A stretch of 32,000 nucleotides of DNA, taken from NCBI RefSeq assembly GCF_000011805.1, contig NC_006840.2; one strand, 5' to 3'. A program made the translations under genes and the position numbers. The stretch's first letter is position 1. Every line of letters begins with the position of its first letter. This DNA comes from Aliivibrio fischeri ES114 (GTDB lineage: Bacteria; Pseudomonadota; Gammaproteobacteria; Enterobacterales; Vibrionaceae). The notes under the pieces are model-generated. The model had not been told where the DNA came from and searched no databases. It saw nothing but the letters and a program-made list of their open reading frames with translations. Below are positions 31,556-32,000 of the stretch, one piece after another.

Positions 31556-32000
31556 ATGGATATCATGACATACGCAAATTTTAATATTATCGATTGGCAC
31601 GCAATTTCTGCAGGTTTGGATAGCAAAAATGCGTGGTTAGAATGGCGTGAAAATAATTTCACTTGGCCTGAAAATGAAAAAGCGCCAGTTGATAAAATAC
31701 CAGCAATGGCTCGAAGAAGAATGAGCTCGTTAAGTAAATTAGCCGTGCAAACCGCATTAACATTAGCGGAAGAAAATGACATTGATTATTTGGTGTTCTC
31801 TAGTCAACATGGTGAGTTAACTCGAACTGTCGCTCTTTTAGAAGATATTTTGAATGGAGATGATGCTTCTCCAATGGCTTTTTCTCAATCGGTTCATAAT
31901 ACTGCCGCAGGTCTATTTACCATCACGGCCAAAAAAGCCATTCCAGTTACTTCTATCGCTGCTGGGGAAAATACCTTTCATTCTGCGGTTGTTGAAGCCG
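31556..32000 (+). CDS. Beta-ketoacyl synthase-like / chain-length-factor-like protein of an aryl-polyene cluster, 3' truncated by the window edge
   Basis: The plus-strand frame is open from the ATG at 31556 (or 31565) to the window end, which is why it is missing from the ORF track. The translation is MDIMTYANFNIIDWHAISAGL...VFSSQHGELTRT...MAFSQSVHNTAAGLFTI. This resembles the small KS-N-terminal-like proteins that open APE clusters, and no Cys is evident in the KS active-site-like stretch. Confidence 0.7.
   Translation, partial: MDIMTYANFNIIDWHAISAGLDSKNAWLEWRENNFTWPENEKAPVDKIPAMARRRMSSLSKLAVQTALTLAEENDIDYLVFSSQHGELTRTVALLEDILNGDDASPMAFSQSVHNTAAGLFTITAKKAIPVTSIAAGENTFHSAVVEA

Noticed and set aside
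31552-31782. A 76-aa minus-strand ORF from the ORF track.
   Set aside because: The plus strand here is open from the ATG at 31556 to the window end and encodes a recognisable KS/CLF-like protein. The minus ORF is its shadow. The plus ORF is missing from the track only because it has no stop inside the window.
1-32000. A search for mobile elements, genomic-island boundaries or defence systems.
   Set aside because: I saw no integrase, transposase or phage-like ORFs, no tRNA attachment sites, no long terminal inverted or direct repeats, and no abrupt compositional shift. Gene order follows the conserved sdh-suc / znu / feo / ackA-pta / argS-yecM backbone.

Overview
This is an AT-rich gammaproteobacterial core-chromosome segment. 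Its gene order looks Vibrionaceae, most like Aliivibrio/Vibrio fischeri. From left to right it contains: (1) the TCA-cycle operon sdhA (5' truncated by the window edge)-sdhB-sucA-sucB-sucC-sucD; (2) a Cache/HAMP methyl-accepting chemotaxis protein; (3) the zinc-uptake locus, with znuCB and znuA divergent around a Zur box and the M23 endopeptidase mepM/yebA overlapping the znuA stop (ATGA); (4) a 1135-aa transmembrane AraC-family regulator built like a hybrid two-component sensor, but with no receiver and a degenerate kinase core, best read as the chitin/competence regulator TfoS; (5) a 624-bp intergenic region holding a well-formed minus-strand sRNA candidate (TfoR-like by context) and the Fur-boxed feo promoter; (6) feoABC; (7) a 408-bp gap between convergent genes that holds an unusual heptanucleotide array with inverted heptamer arms; (8) pta-ackA, yfbV, argS and yecM; (9) at the right edge, the start of an aryl-polyene (APE) pigment cluster: a flavin-halogenase-like enzyme, a methyltransferase, a lipoprotein, and a KS/CLF-like gene that runs off the window. 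I saw no rRNA, tRNA, transposase, integrase, prophage, CRISPR or recognisable defence genes. I did not find a convincing, wholly new multi-gene system. The items most worth a second look are non-coding (the heptamer array and the sRNA candidate with its repeated upstream motif), plus two proteins with odd signatures (the kinase-dead, receiver-less sensor-regulator and the halogenase-signature enzyme at the APE cluster edge). All calls come from reading the sequence and from recalled family knowledge. No searches were run.
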